Below, piece after piece: positions 31,206-41,735 of a DNA stretch of 64,000 bases (its first letter is position 1; every line of letters begins with the position of its first letter). A model generated the notes under the pieces. That model was not told the origin of the DNA. It ran no database searches and was given only the letters and a program-made list of their open reading frames with translations. The stretch lies in assembly GCA_037128715.1 (NCBI GenBank), contig JBAXVT010000001.1, forward strand, positions 5,075 to 69,074, given 5' to 3'. The position numbers and the translations under genes were made by a program. The DNA is from Actinomycetes bacterium (lineage in GTDB: Bacteria > Actinomycetota > Actinomycetes > Nanopelagicales > Nanopelagicaceae).

Positions 31206-31762
31206 AACGTTTAGGGCTGCTTATATTTGCATCACTCTTCTTGTTAACGGGTTGTTCTAGCGGTGGATTATCAACGGCCAACCAAAACGCATTTGTCTCT
31301 GGCGATGGGGTCGCAGTTTATGTAAAGGCCCCTGATCGGAAGTTGGCGCCAATTATTTCTGGAGCGACCCTTCAAAGTGGAACGATGGCGCTCGCTGCGA
31401 ACAAAGTCACCGTCCTCAATGTTTGGGCCTCATGGTGTTCGCCCTGCCGCGCCGAAGCTCCACTACTTTCTGACTTCGCAATCAAATACGCGCCGCGGGG
31501 TGTGCAATTTGCAGGAATTTTGACGCGCGATAACGTCTCATCAGCCCTGCAATTTGTAAAGCGCTTTAAGATCGCGTATCCCGTATTCACCGATGATTCA
31601 GTACTAGCAAAGTTTCGAAATTCTCTGGTCCCAAATGCAATTCCCACCACGCTCATCATCGATTCACATGGCTATGTTGCTGCGCGCGTGAGTGGTGAAG
31701 TCACTGTCGCTCTCCTCACGAATTTAATAGATAAAGTTCTGAAGGATGCGCCTCATGCATAA
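31202..31762 (+). CDS. resA: TlpA/ResA-type thiol-disulfide oxidoreductase lipoprotein
   Basis: Lipobox LLTGCSS and thioredoxin active site WASWCSPC, with an ATGA overlap. Confidence 0.88.
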   Translation: MKRLGLLIFASLFLLTGCSSGGLSTANQNAFVSGDGVAVYVKAPDRKLAPIISGATLQSGTMALAANKVTVLNVWASWCSPCRAEAPLLSDFAIKYAPRGVQFAGILTRDNVSSALQFVKRFKIAYPVFTDDSVLAKFRNSLVPNAIPTTLIIDSHGYVAARVSGEVTVALLTNLIDKVLKDAPHA

Positions 31763-32486
31763 CTTCTTCGTTCATCAAATTCTTGCTGGCAATCTTCTGC
31801 TTGCCTTGGGAGTTGCGGTTATCGCTGGTCTGATCTCATTCTTCTCGCCCTGCGTTCTGCCGCTCGTTCCTGGTTACCTGGCCTACTCCGCGGGCATGAC
31901 CGATGTGAAGAACAAGGGGCGTACCGCGCTGGGCGCAATTCTCTTCGTCTCTGGTTTCTCAGTCCTCTTTATTAGCTATGGTGCGCTCTTTGGGTCACTC
32001 GGTTCCAAGATTTCAAGTGGTTCTAGGTGGCTAGAGATTGTGCTCGGCCTTCTCACCATGCTGATGGGAACCGTCTTTCTCTTCAATCAAAAGTTCTACC
32101 GTTCATTTAAGCCGCAGTGGAAGTCCACCACCGGCTTACTTGGGGCGCCACTCTTAGGTTTCCTTTTTGGCCTGGGTTGGACTCCATGCATTGGCCCAAC
32201 GCTGGGTGCAGTGCAAGCTCTCTCTTTTCAAAGTTCCAGCGCACTGCGCGGAGCAATTTTGAGTCTTGGTTACTGCTTTGGAATCGGTGTGCCATTTATC
32301 GTGGTCGGTTTATTCTTTGATCAATCGGCAAAGTTACGACGTTTCATCTCCAGGCGTGGCAACCTCTTGACGATCTTTGGCGGAGTATTTCTAATCATCA
32401 TTGGGTTCTTGCAGGCGACTGGCTTGTGGGGGCAGATTATTAACTCACTACGCGCCTCGATCTCTAGTTTTGTGCCGGTGGTCTGA
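31746..32486 (+). CDS. ccdA: Cytochrome c biogenesis thiol:disulfide transfer protein CcdA
   Basis: Polytopic membrane protein with [13 protein letters not shown] and GWTPCIGP. Confidence 0.9.
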   Translation: MRLMHNFFVHQILAGNLLLALGVAVIAGLISFFSPCVLPLVPGYLAYSAGMTDVKNKGRTALGAILFVSGFSVLFISYGALFGSLGSKISSGSRWLEIVLGLLTMLMGTVFLFNQKFYRSFKPQWKSTTGLLGAPLLGFLFGLGWTPCIGPTLGAVQALSFQSSSALRGAILSLGYCFGIGVPFIVVGLFFDQSAKLRRFISRRGNLLTIFGGVFLIIIGFLQATGLWGQIINSLRASISSFVPVV

Positions 32487-33973
32487 TGGAGCCGAACGAA
32501 AACCAAACGCCAAATATCGGCGTAATAGGTATGTTGCGTTGGGCTTGGCGCCAGTTAACGAGCATGCGCACTGCGCTGATTCTGCTGATGTTATTAGGCG
32601 TAGCTGCAATTCCAGGTTCACTCTTTCCACAACGGAGCCAAAATCCGCAGAAAGTTGACTCCTACTTCACAAGTGATCCCACCTTGGCCAAATGGATGGA
32701 TCGCCTCCACTTATTTAATGTCTACGCATCTCCCTGGTTTAGCGCAATTTATCTCTTGCTATTTATTTCGCTTATTGGGTGTGTCCTACCCCGCACCATT
32801 TCGCATCTGCGCGCGATCGCCAAGAAACCACCACTAACCCCGCGAAATTTAGATCGCATGGAGGGCTACCGAATCGTTTCGACGGATCAGGAACGGGCCC
32901 TAGATATTTCGCAAGTGTGGTTAAAGCGCCATCGCTTCCGAATTCGGCGCGAAGGCAATTCAATATCTGCCGAAAAGGGCTATAGCCGCGAAACTGGAAA
33001 TCTCTTATTTCACCTCTCATTAATCTTGATTCTGGTAGGAGTCGCCCTAGGTGGGCTTTTAGGAATGAAAGGCGAGGCGATTTTGAATGTGGGCGATCGA
33101 TTCATTAACACGCCCACTTCGTACGACAATATTAGTTATGGAAAGTTTCAGGGACAGGGTTCGCTCGTTCCATTCTCCCTCACCGTTAAGAATTTTGTCG
33201 CTTCTTATGTTCCAACTACCGGTCAACCAAGTAACTATGTACTTACTACAGATATTTCCGCTCCGATTGGTGCCGCCGCAAAAGAGGTCGTCATTAAGGT
33301 CAATAAACCATGGACTTCAGGAAGTACCAAGGTTTATCTGCAGGCAAATGGCTACTCACCCGTCGTAACGGTCCGCGATAAATCGGGTCACATCACCTTT
33401 CAAGGTGCGGTCATATTTCTTCCGCAAGATGCGAACCTAAGTTCCTTAGGGGCTATCAAGATTCCCGATATGACACCGCAGATCGGTTTCATCGCATCCT
33501 TTATACCGACGGCAAGCAGTAGCGCAGCGCGCGGAATCTTCTCGACCTACCCCGAGGTACTCGATCCTCGCCTCGTTCTCTCTGCCTGGAAAGGTAACTT
33601 GGGGCTAGATAGTGGAACCCCACAATCTGTTTACTCGCTCAATACCTCGAAGATGACAAAGATTGGTCTCAAAGCTCTCACACTCGGAAGTACCTATGAC
33701 TTTGGCGCAGGAACTATCACCTTCGATGGCTGGAAGGCTTGGGTCAATCTGCAGATTGTGGATGATCCTGGGAAGATGTACGCACTCTTTGGTGCAATCT
33801 TTGCGATCTTGGGGTTACTGATCTCACTCTTTACACGCCAGCGCCGAATTTGGATAAAGGTGGGCGATGATGTTGAAATAGCGGGCTTGGCGAAGAATGG
33901 CATTCCAGGACTTGAAGAAGAACTCATAGCGCTAGCGCGGGCGCTTGAAGAAGTTAGAGGAGAGACTCAGTGA
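32486..33973 (+). CDS. resB: Cytochrome c biogenesis protein ResB/Ccs1
   Basis: 495 aa with N-terminal TM segments, a large extracytoplasmic domain and a C-terminal TM. TGATG overlap with ccdA. Position is between ccdA and ccsB. Confidence 0.88.
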   Translation: MEPNENQTPNIGVIGMLRWAWRQLTSMRTALILLMLLGVAAIPGSLFPQRSQNPQKVDSYFTSDPTLAKWMDRLHLFNVYASPWFSAIYLLLFISLIGCVLPRTISHLRAIAKKPPLTPRNLDRMEGYRIVSTDQERALDISQVWLKRHRFRIRREGNSISAEKGYSRETGNLLFHLSLILILVGVALGGLLGMKGEAILNVGDRFINTPTSYDNISYGKFQGQGSLVPFSLTVKNFVASYVPTTGQPSNYVLTTDISAPIGAAAKEVVIKVNKPWTSGSTKVYLQANGYSPVVTVRDKSGHITFQGAVIFLPQDANLSSLGAIKIPDMTPQIGFIASFIPTASSSAARGIFSTYPEVLDPRLVLSAWKGNLGLDSGTPQSVYSLNTSKMTKIGLKALTLGSTYDFGAGTITFDGWKAWVNLQIVDDPGKMYALFGAIFAILGLLISLFTRQRRIWIKVGDDVEIAGLAKNGIPGLEEELIALARALEEVRGETQ

Positions 33974-34866
33974 CGTCGACCAATCTTGCATATTTTTCGA
34001 ATGATGCGATTTATGCTTGTTTGGCGATCTTCACGATTGCATTTCTTTCACATGCTATCGAGGTCTCTTGGTCAGTTCGCAATGTAGAAGGCAACGATCG
34101 CACCGAGTTTGATTTTGAGAAGACAGCGCGAGCTGGACGCATCGGTACGGCCATGATGATCCTTGGCTTTGGAGTATTAACCATCGCGGTTGTAACCCGC
34201 GGGCTATCTGCCCATCGTGTGCCGTGGGGCAATATGTATGAATTTTCGATAACCGGCGCCCTCATGTTAACTGCCGCTTACTTATTCGCCTTTGCAAAAT
34301 ATAAGGTGCGCTGGCTTGGACTTCCCGTTTCTATTTCGGTGTTACTCACTTTGGGAACTGCTATCACGGTGCTCTATCGACCCAGCGCGCCATTGGTTCC
34401 AGCCCTTAAATCGCCCTGGTTGGCCATCCACGTATTGGCAGCCATTATTTCTGGTGGCGTCTTTCTCGTGGCTAATCTCGTCGCGGCAACTTTTCTTATT
34501 ATGGAACGCTACGAACTCAAAGGTGAGCGCCCGCAATGGGCGAAAAAGATCCCAACGCTCGATAGCTTGGATCAACTTTCTTATCGCTTGATCGCCTTCG
34601 TCTTTCCACTCTGGACCTTTGCGGTTATTGCGGGTGCCATCTGGGCCGAATCTGCCTGGGGAAAGTACTGGAGCTGGGATCCCAAAGAAACGTGGGCATT
34701 CATTACTTGGGTGGCATACGCCGCATATTTACATGCACGCGTAACGGTGGGGTGGCGTGGCCGTCGTGCCGCCTGGCTCTGCATATTCGCCGGTTCGACA
34801 TTCCTCTTTAATTACATCTGGGTAAATATTTGGGGAACGGGCCTGCACACTTACTCAGGTTTGTAA
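33970..34866 (+). CDS. ccsB: Cytochrome c-type biogenesis protein CcsB/ResC (heme handling)
   Basis: WWD-type motif WGKYWSWDPKETW in a polytopic protein. Confidence 0.92.
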   Translation: MTSTNLAYFSNDAIYACLAIFTIAFLSHAIEVSWSVRNVEGNDRTEFDFEKTARAGRIGTAMMILGFGVLTIAVVTRGLSAHRVPWGNMYEFSITGALMLTAAYLFAFAKYKVRWLGLPVSISVLLTLGTAITVLYRPSAPLVPALKSPWLAIHVLAAIISGGVFLVANLVAATFLIMERYELKGERPQWAKKIPTLDSLDQLSYRLIAFVFPLWTFAVIAGAIWAESAWGKYWSWDPKETWAFITWVAYAAYLHARVTVGWRGRRAAWLCIFAGSTFLFNYIWVNIWGTGLHTYSGL

Positions 34867-34869
34867 GAT

Positions 34870-35124
34870 TTAGAGTTGCTTCAAAAAATCAGGATTGTCA
34901 TCGGGCGGAATCATCCGACCAGGGCGACGACGAGGTAGCGCAACAGTTTTTGCGCGACCAATCAAGAGCCAAGCTATCGCTCCGAGTGAACCAAAGAAGA
35001 TGATGATGAGGAGCCAAGCCCACTTAGGTAGGTTGCGGACACGCTCTTGATCCGTGCGGGCACAGTCAAAGAGCCCAAATAGCCAGATCGCCAGGCCACC
35101 AACAACAATGAGAACATCAAGCAT
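34870..35124 (-). CDS. Small two-TM membrane protein (PLD-nuclease-N-terminal-like domain)
   Basis: Sequence MLDVLIVVGGLAIWLFGLFDCARTD...LPKWAWLLIIIFFGSLGAIAWLLIGR. I chose the ATG at 35124 because the longer ORF (to 35301) would overlap menA out of frame. Confidence 0.6.
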   Translation of the reverse strand: MLDVLIVVGGLAIWLFGLFDCARTDQERVRNLPKWAWLLIIIFFGSLGAIAWLLIGRAKTVALPRRRPGRMIPPDDNPDFLKQL

Positions 35125-35141
35125 GGGATTTAGTTTACTCG

Positions 35142-36011
35142 TTAAACCAAAAGCGCGACGGCCAGAGCGGTTGATAAGAATAATTGCAGCTTTCCTACCT
35201 GGCCCAGCATCGGAATCAGTTGAGCGCCTGCTGCCCCTGATTGAATTCCTCTCGCAATTTTCCCAGTTATGGGAAGAAAGAGGAGAGTGATGAGCGTCCA
35301 CGGCGTTATTAGAGCAGCTAACACAGCAGCCAGATGTGCCAGTACTAGTAGCGCGATCAACATCGTGCGGGCTCGCATATCACCAAGGCGAACGGCTACC
35401 GTCCTCTTTCCAACGAGAACATCCTTTGGCAGATCCCTCAGATTGTTAATTGCAAGAAGTGAGCAAGAAAGCGCTCCCACCGGAACTGATACCAAGATAC
35501 TCTGCCATGAGATGCGATGGGATTGCACAACGTAACTACCAACAGTTGCGACCAGTCCAAAGAAGAGAAAAACCGAGATCTCACCTAAACCGGAGTAGCC
35601 GTATGGGCGCTTTCCGCCGGTGTAATTCCACGCGGCCAGAATACTGACGAGGCCCACCAGGACGAGCCACCACGAGACTCGGAACGCCAAAATAGCTCCG
35701 AACAATGAGGCGAAGGCGAAGCAGATGAAGGCGGCTCGTTTAACGGCTTGAGCAGATGCCAACCCACTGGCAACAAGACGCACGGGTCCAACACGATTGT
35801 TATCCGTTCCGCGGATTCCATCGCTGTAGTCGTTGGAGTAATTAACTGCAATCTGTAGAAGCAGGCTAACTAGTAGCGCCAAGATAGCGTTGAGAAAGTT
35901 GATTGAATGGTGGTCACGCCTGATGAGGGCGGTTCCGACCAATACTGGTGAGATTGCCGCTGGAAGAGTCCGTGGGCGGGCGCCGGCTAACCAGATATTT
36001 TTTTCACTCAT
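35142..36011 (-). CDS. menA: 1,4-dihydroxy-2-naphthoate polyprenyltransferase
   Basis: UbiA-family polytopic protein with NDYSDGIRGTD, within the men locus. Confidence 0.9.
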   Translation of the reverse strand: MSEKNIWLAGARPRTLPAAISPVLVGTALIRRDHHSINFLNAILALLVSLLLQIAVNYSNDYSDGIRGTDNNRVGPVRLVASGLASAQAVKRAAFICFAFASLFGAILAFRVSWWLVLVGLVSILAAWNYTGGKRPYGYSGLGEISVFLFFGLVATVGSYVVQSHRISWQSILVSVPVGALSCSLLAINNLRDLPKDVLVGKRTVAVRLGDMRARTMLIALLVLAHLAAVLAALITPWTLITLLFLPITGKIARGIQSGAAGAQLIPMLGQVGKLQLFLSTALAVALLV

Positions 36012-37063
36012 GGTCGAATCATCTCAAACTTTCGGGATAACGTCAGGCGATCTGGTTTCCCGATCGAGGTGAAGGGTAATTGCGCATTTTCAAGGAATAA
36101 TTTGGGAACGGCATGATTTCCAAAATTCTCACGTAGAGATTGCGAGATTGCTGCTATATCAAGGGCGCCAGAACTCGCCAAGCAAAGTTGCTGGCCCCAT
36201 TCCGGATCAGCGATGGCACAGCTCATAAAAGCATTTTGATAGTTCTTGTTGAGAAATCCATCAATTGCGTTCAATGAGATCTTCTCGCCACCAGAGATGA
36301 TGAGATCATCGATCCGACCCAGCACAATTAATTTCCCATCCTCAAGGCGGCCGGCATCATTGGTCAGGAACCATCCCTTTTCATCAGCAAGAGGAAGATC
36401 GGCTCCCAAATACTCGCGAGCCTGCATGGGGCCACGCAGGGCAATCCGGTCTTCGGCACGAATCTCAACATCGACCCCATCAAGGAGTTGGCCGTTGTAT
36501 ACACATCCACCTGACATCTCTGACATTCCGTAGGTAGTTACAACGTTGATTCCAGCATCACGCGCTCGTTGGAGGAGCTGGGGATCTATTGCCGCACCAC
36601 CCACCAGAACGGCCTGCGCATTTTGTAGGTCGCCTAAGAGTTCATCTGCTTCGCTTAATGCGCGAAAGAGTTGAGTGGGGACGATCGAGGTGTAATCAAA
36701 GTTCTTCTCGGCAATTGAAGTTCCGAGTTCGATCGCTCGCACCAGAACATTTACGCCAGCGATGTGGCTAGTTGGCAGGAGCAGCGACCAGCTCTGGCCC
36801 GCTTGCGCTCCGAGGAAATGGTGAGAGGCGGCTGCGCTAGCCCGCATTGCCGCAGCCGTCAGCGCCACTTCTTTCGGGTTTCCGCTGGAGCCGCTGGTTG
36901 GAATTACGATCGCCACATCGGAGGGGACGGAGCTAAATTGGGAGGGAGCGAAGGCAAGTGCTGGGCCATTACCTTCTAGCGCAGAGTGCAGAACCTCCTG
37001 AATGTGGGGGATTGACCACGTGGAGGGAACTTCTACCAGCTCGCGCGGTGACGTATTAACCAT
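36008..37063 (-). CDS. menE: o-Succinylbenzoate--CoA ligase
   Basis: AMP-binding motifs TSGSSGNPK and TYGMSE. It is short (351 aa), as MenE proteins are, and overlaps the menA start by 4 nt. Confidence 0.85.
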   Translation of the reverse strand: MVNTSPRELVEVPSTWSIPHIQEVLHSALEGNGPALAFAPSQFSSVPSDVAIVIPTSGSSGNPKEVALTAAAMRASAAASHHFLGAQAGQSWSLLLPTSHIAGVNVLVRAIELGTSIAEKNFDYTSIVPTQLFRALSEADELLGDLQNAQAVLVGGAAIDPQLLQRARDAGINVVTTYGMSEMSGGCVYNGQLLDGVDVEIRAEDRIALRGPMQAREYLGADLPLADEKGWFLTNDAGRLEDGKLIVLGRIDDLIISGGEKISLNAIDGFLNKNYQNAFMSCAIADPEWGQQLCLASSGALDIAAISQSLRENFGNHAVPKLFLENAQLPFTSIGKPDRLTLSRKFEMIRP

Positions 37064-37133
37064 AGCCCCCGTAGGCTATCGGCTTGGAACGAGATACCGG
37101 AAGTGAAATTCCGACGCTGCAAAAGGAGTAAGT

Positions 37134-38012
37134 GTGAGCAAGCCGTTTAAGCGTGAACCGGGCAGTCGTGTCATCCCTAGTTGGCAGATCGGCGCGGGTG
37201 GCGAGAAATTCACGGACATTATTTATGAAGTTGGCGACGGCATGGCAAAGATCACGATCAATCGCCCTCAGGTTAGAAATGCCTTTCGTCCAGAGACCCT
37301 TAGCGAATTGCAAGATGCTTTTTCGCTCGCTCGCGATGATGAATCAGTTGGAGTGATTATCTTTACCGGTGCAGGCACCGAAGCATTCTGTTCAGGCGGC
37401 GATATCAGCGTGCGTGGCGATGACGGATATATCGGTAGCGATGCACTTGGCAAGAAAGGAATCGGGCGACTTAATGTTCTCGATCTGCAGATTCAAATAC
37501 GTAGATTACCTAAGCCGGTCGTTGCAATGGTTGCAGGTTGGGCGGTTGGCGGCGGACATGTTCTGCATGTCGTCTGCGACATAACCATCGCAGCCGACAA
37601 TGCGAAATTTGGCCAGACTGGACCGATGGTTGGCTCATTTGATGGTGGTTACGGCGCTGGATTGCTCGCTGCTCATATTGGCCAGAAGAAAGCTCGCGAA
37701 ATTTGGTTTATGTGTCGTCAATATGACGCTAACGAAGCGCTGGAGATGGGACTTGTAAACACAGTAGTCCCCGTTGCCGAGTTAGAAGCAGAAACCGTTT
37801 CCTGGTGTCGCGAAATGCTCCGCCATTCACCGATGGCGCTGCGCCTTCTAAAGGCGGGGCTCAATGCCGCCGACGATGGCCTAGCTGGGGTGCAACAACT
37901 TGCGGGCGATGCCACTTTGCTCTTTTATTTGACGGAAGAAGGTCAAGAAGGTCGAGATGCTTACAAAGAGAAGCGCGACCCCGACTTCACTAAGTTCCCA
38001 CGTCGCCCATAG
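37134..38012 (+). CDS. menB: 1,4-dihydroxy-2-naphthoyl-CoA synthase
   Basis: Crotonase fold with [14 protein letters not shown] and [13 protein letters not shown]. Confidence 0.95.
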   Translation: MSKPFKREPGSRVIPSWQIGAGGEKFTDIIYEVGDGMAKITINRPQVRNAFRPETLSELQDAFSLARDDESVGVIIFTGAGTEAFCSGGDISVRGDDGYIGSDALGKKGIGRLNVLDLQIQIRRLPKPVVAMVAGWAVGGGHVLHVVCDITIAADNAKFGQTGPMVGSFDGGYGAGLLAAHIGQKKAREIWFMCRQYDANEALEMGLVNTVVPVAELEAETVSWCREMLRHSPMALRLLKAGLNAADDGLAGVQQLAGDATLLFYLTEEGQEGRDAYKEKRDPDFTKFPRRP

Positions 38013-38014
38013 CA

Positions 38015-38974
38015 ATGTTGGAAAAGTATTGTCCAGAGTTATCGATTCTCCAGGTACCGCTGCGCAATAAATTTCGCGGAATTACCATCCGCGAAGTTGC
38101 CATATTTCGGGGATCCGCGGGATGGTCAGAGTTCAGTCCTTTTCTGGAATATGGCGATGAAGAGGCAGCGGTATGGATGGCAGCTGCGTTAGAAGCTGCT
38201 CATCACCCTTGGCCCGAGCTATATAGAGACCGCATTGCAGTCAATGCAACCCTTCCTATCGTGGAGCCCGCACTGGTGCGGGGAATTCTGACTCGCTTTC
38301 CAGGAAGTACTACCGTGAAGATAAAGGTTGATGATTTTGAGAAAGGCTCCTTGGTCGTTGAAGAAGTGCTTGAAATCAATCCCGAGATGAAGATTCGATT
38401 GGATGTTAATGGGGGTTGGAGTACCGATCAAGCAATCAGCAATCTGCTGGAATACCATCTGCGCTTTGGAAATGTATTTGATTACGTAGAACAACCTTGC
38501 CTCACTGTTGCAGAGCTAGCGGTAGTTAAACCAGAAGTTCCGATTCGAATCGCTGCCGATGAATCAATACGCAAGAATTTAGGCGCTGACTTCACTAACT
38601 TTTCAAACTTTGCTGATGTAGCGATTCTGAAGTGGCAACCAGTCGGTGGTTTTACCGCCGCGCATAAGATTGCAAGTGAACTTGGTCTACCTGTTGTTAT
38701 TTCGAGTGCACTAGAAACTGGGATTGGTATCTCGCATGGATTGGCGCTGGCGGCTTCTTTTAAGGATCGCTCCCTGGCTTGCGGACTAGGAACAGTTGCG
38801 CTCTTTGCGGGAGACATCTGCTCACCCGCCACTCTCGTTGAAGATGGCTATATAGATGTTAAGCGCCGCGAGCCCGCTGACTTTGAGAGGTACCTCGCAC
38901 CCTCCGAGCGAGCCGATTATTGGAAGCAACGTATCCTTAGGGTCTTACATTTAATTGAGGGGCGGAGCGCATGA
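38015..38974 (+). CDS. menC: o-Succinylbenzoate synthase
   Basis: Enolase-superfamily metal ligand pattern (VKIKVD, RLDVNGGW, VEQP, ADES). Position is between menB and menD. Confidence 0.85.
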   Translation: MLEKYCPELSILQVPLRNKFRGITIREVAIFRGSAGWSEFSPFLEYGDEEAAVWMAAALEAAHHPWPELYRDRIAVNATLPIVEPALVRGILTRFPGSTTVKIKVDDFEKGSLVVEEVLEINPEMKIRLDVNGGWSTDQAISNLLEYHLRFGNVFDYVEQPCLTVAELAVVKPEVPIRIAADESIRKNLGADFTNFSNFADVAILKWQPVGGFTAAHKIASELGLPVVISSALETGIGISHGLALAASFKDRSLACGLGTVALFAGDICSPATLVEDGYIDVKRREPADFERYLAPSERADYWKQRILRVLHLIEGRSA

Positions 38975-40536
38975 ATTCAACAACATTAGCTCGCGATATC
39001 GTCCGGCAGTTAATTGAGAACGGCGTTTCGGATTTCGTGCTTTCTCCGGGTTCACGCAACGCCCCGCTTTCGATTGCGCTGCATGAGGCCGAAGTAGCCG
39101 GACTCGTTAATCTCTATGTACGGATCGATGAGCGTGGAGCGGCCTTCTTTGCTCTTGGCTTAAGTAAAGCCTCCGATCACTATGTCGCAGTCATTTGTAC
39201 CAGTGGCACGGCGGCAGCTAATTTTCACCCTGCGATTTTAGAGGCGTACCATTCAGCAAATAAGTTATTGGTCATAACTGCAGATCGTCCGGCTCATCTG
39301 CGCCGCACAGGGGCAAATCAAACGACACTACAAGTTGGTTTACTCGAGCCAGTTTCGACGATTGATATATCCTCATCGATTCGTATTTCAGATTTATTGG
39401 AATCAGGACCGGTCCACCTAAATATGCAATTTGATGAACCGCTCCTCTCAGATGATCGCACCGATTGGCTAGCTGGTTTAGCGCCACACACCAAGGAATA
39501 TCCAAAGGGAGAAGCAAGCGAGGTCTTCTATCCGAAGGCTCGTGGAGTTGTGGTCGTCGGCCATGATCGCGCTGGACTCGATGCCGATGGTATTTCTTTC
39601 TACGCCAAGTCGATTGGTTGGCCGATTATCGCCGAAGATCCACTCTCATTCCCCACGAGTATTGCGCATGCGGCGCTCTTCTTGACTGATGCCGAGATTC
39701 GGCGATCCCTTAAGCCTGAGGAGATCATCGTTGTTGGCCGCCCGACACTCTCACGCAGTATTGCCGCACTAGTTAATGAGTGCGCAAATGTCGTTGTAAT
39801 TGATCCCCGCGCGTTAACAGTAGATACTGAACGAAGAGCCGCCAAGATATTTAGCTACCCTCCTGATGGCCATTCAAGCGCTGATCCAAAGTGGTTGAAG
39901 CTCTGGAGAGATGCAGCGAAGAGTGCGCAGAACGCTCTCCGCTTGGATTGGTCTGAACAAGCAGCGGTAGTTGCAATTACCTCCAATATTCCAGATGGCT
40001 CCGCTCTCTTCGTAGGTAGCAGTCGCCCGGTGCGCGACATTGAGGCCTTTGCCCAGCCCCGTTCAGGTATTCATACCTTTGCAAACCGTGGGTTAGCCGG
40101 AATAGATGGGAATACTTCCTGTGCCTTTGGTATCGCCGAAAAATACCAACGTTCATTTGCAATTATGGGGGACATCACATTCCTTCATGATATTTCCGCG
40201 CTGGTAAATCCAAGCTCGGCTAATCTCACTGTTTTTGTTATTGATAATAATGGCGGCGGAATATTCAACACCTTGTCACAGGCCGGTGTAGATGGCTTCG
40301 AGAAGATATTTGGAACTCCGCATAATCTAGATTTAGAGCGGGTAATTCATGGTTTTGGCGGGCAGGTAACTAAAGTCAAATGCGAATCTGACCTGATTCA
40401 TGCAATTATCCATAGGGCTAACGGTTTGAACTTCGTAATCGTGGAAGTTCCGAATCGAGTGACCAACGCAGAACGGTTGAAAGAAATTACTCAGAGCCTG
40501 GTGAGCGCGCTGCGAATGGGAAGCAATTTAGCCTGA
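38971..40536 (+). CDS. menD: SEPHCHC synthase (2-succinyl-5-enolpyruvyl-6-hydroxy-3-cyclohexene-1-carboxylate synthase)
   Basis: ThDP enzyme with SPGSRNAPL and GDITFLHD, and an ATGA overlap with menC. Confidence 0.92.
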   Translation: MNSTTLARDIVRQLIENGVSDFVLSPGSRNAPLSIALHEAEVAGLVNLYVRIDERGAAFFALGLSKASDHYVAVICTSGTAAANFHPAILEAYHSANKLLVITADRPAHLRRTGANQTTLQVGLLEPVSTIDISSSIRISDLLESGPVHLNMQFDEPLLSDDRTDWLAGLAPHTKEYPKGEASEVFYPKARGVVVVGHDRAGLDADGISFYAKSIGWPIIAEDPLSFPTSIAHAALFLTDAEIRRSLKPEEIIVVGRPTLSRSIAALVNECANVVVIDPRALTVDTERRAAKIFSYPPDGHSSADPKWLKLWRDAAKSAQNALRLDWSEQAAVVAITSNIPDGSALFVGSSRPVRDIEAFAQPRSGIHTFANRGLAGIDGNTSCAFGIAEKYQRSFAIMGDITFLHDISALVNPSSANLTVFVIDNNGGGIFNTLSQAGVDGFEKIFGTPHNLDLERVIHGFGGQVTKVKCESDLIHAIIHRANGLNFVIVEVPNRVTNAERLKEITQSLVSALRMGSNLA

Positions 40537-41717
40537 CTTTCAGCTAACTCTTGTTCGGCGCTGGATCCCGCAACAATTCCACAACCGGCAAAGACGCGGA
40601 TCGATTTGTGATCTGGTGCTATCAGTCCGCAACGCAATGCAATACCCATCTCTCCATCGCCATGGGCATCAACCCATCCCACAGGTCCGGCATATCTTCC
40701 GCGGTTCATAGATTCAAGTTCGCTGATCACATTCATTGCTTTGTCCGTGGGAGTTCCACAAACAGCGGCCGAAGGGTGTAGTGCCGCTACCAACTTGAAG
40801 ATATCGACCTTGCTCGCGGTGTCATTGATGACGCCAGTGACATCGGTTGCCAGGTGCATGACGTTAGGAAGGTGGAGCACAAAAGGCGACTCGGGGACAT
40901 TGGTCGATGATGCAAAGGGCTCTAGGGCTTCGGCAACGGAGCGCACTGCATACTCGTGCTCTTCCAGATCCTTCGAGGACTTTGCTAATGAACCGGCCAG
41001 GGCGAAGTCGCGCTCCTCATCACCAGTGCGGCGAATGGTTCCCGCAAGAACTCTGGAAGTTACTAGCGATTTGCTCAAGCGGACCAGCAATTCGGGGGTA
41101 GCTCCGATCAGGTTATCAACTAAGAAGAGCCAGGTTGATGGATACTCGGCCTCTAAGGATTGAATCAAGGCAGCAGGATCTATCTCTTTATCTGCGCGCG
41201 CCAAGAGATCTTGCGCGAGAACAACTTTTTCTAGATCGCCGGCTTTAATTCTTGAGACAGCATCTTCAACAGCTTCTGACCATTCGCGGTCGTTAAGCGC
41301 GCCTTGTTCCCAGATAAGTTCCAATCCGCTTGGTTCAACTATGCGTTTTGAAAATTCTGGCTGGCCATTTCCAATCCAGGTGATCCAGGATTTCCCATTT
41401 TTCTGAACCACAACAATCTGAGGAATAGTAAGCAGTGATGGTTCATCTTCAGAGAATGCGAAAGAGGCGAAGAGGATGGGGCCGGTACCGACTCCGTGAA
41501 CATTATTCTTAATTTCCAATTGGGATAGTTCGCTCTGCCACCAAGCAGATGCATCAGCAAAGCGTTTCTTTCCGGAGACGACATAAGATTTGTATTCGCC
41601 AAATGCGATGAATCCATCGGAACCACGTATCCAACTAGCGCTCAGCGGCAGATCAGTTGCAATCTCACTCAGACGTGGGTGATCGCCAAGTAACTCCGTA
41701 GTTATGCGCAAAGCCAT
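40491..41717 (-). CDS. menF: Isochorismate synthase
   Basis: Chorismate-binding core PSAAVCGTP, GRYAGPVGW and IRVFAGCGIV. Its 3' end overlaps menD by 46 nt (convergent). Confidence 0.88.
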   Translation of the reverse strand: MALRITTELLGDHPRLSEIATDLPLSASWIRGSDGFIAFGEYKSYVVSGKKRFADASAWWQSELSQLEIKNNVHGVGTGPILFASFAFSEDEPSLLTIPQIVVVQKNGKSWITWIGNGQPEFSKRIVEPSGLELIWEQGALNDREWSEAVEDAVSRIKAGDLEKVVLAQDLLARADKEIDPAALIQSLEAEYPSTWLFLVDNLIGATPELLVRLSKSLVTSRVLAGTIRRTGDEERDFALAGSLAKSSKDLEEHEYAVRSVAEALEPFASSTNVPESPFVLHLPNVMHLATDVTGVINDTASKVDIFKLVAALHPSAAVCGTPTDKAMNVISELESMNRGRYAGPVGWVDAHGDGEMGIALRCGLIAPDHKSIRVFAGCGIVAGSSAEQELAESQAKLLPIRSALTRL

Positions 41718-41735
41718 GGGGTAAGTTAAGTACCT

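Noticed and set aside
35125-35301. 59-codon N-terminal extension of the small membrane protein (ORF track 34870..35301)
   Set aside because: It overlaps the 3' end of menA out of frame and encodes hydrophilic, low-complexity sequence. The conserved two-TM domain starts at the ATG at 35124.
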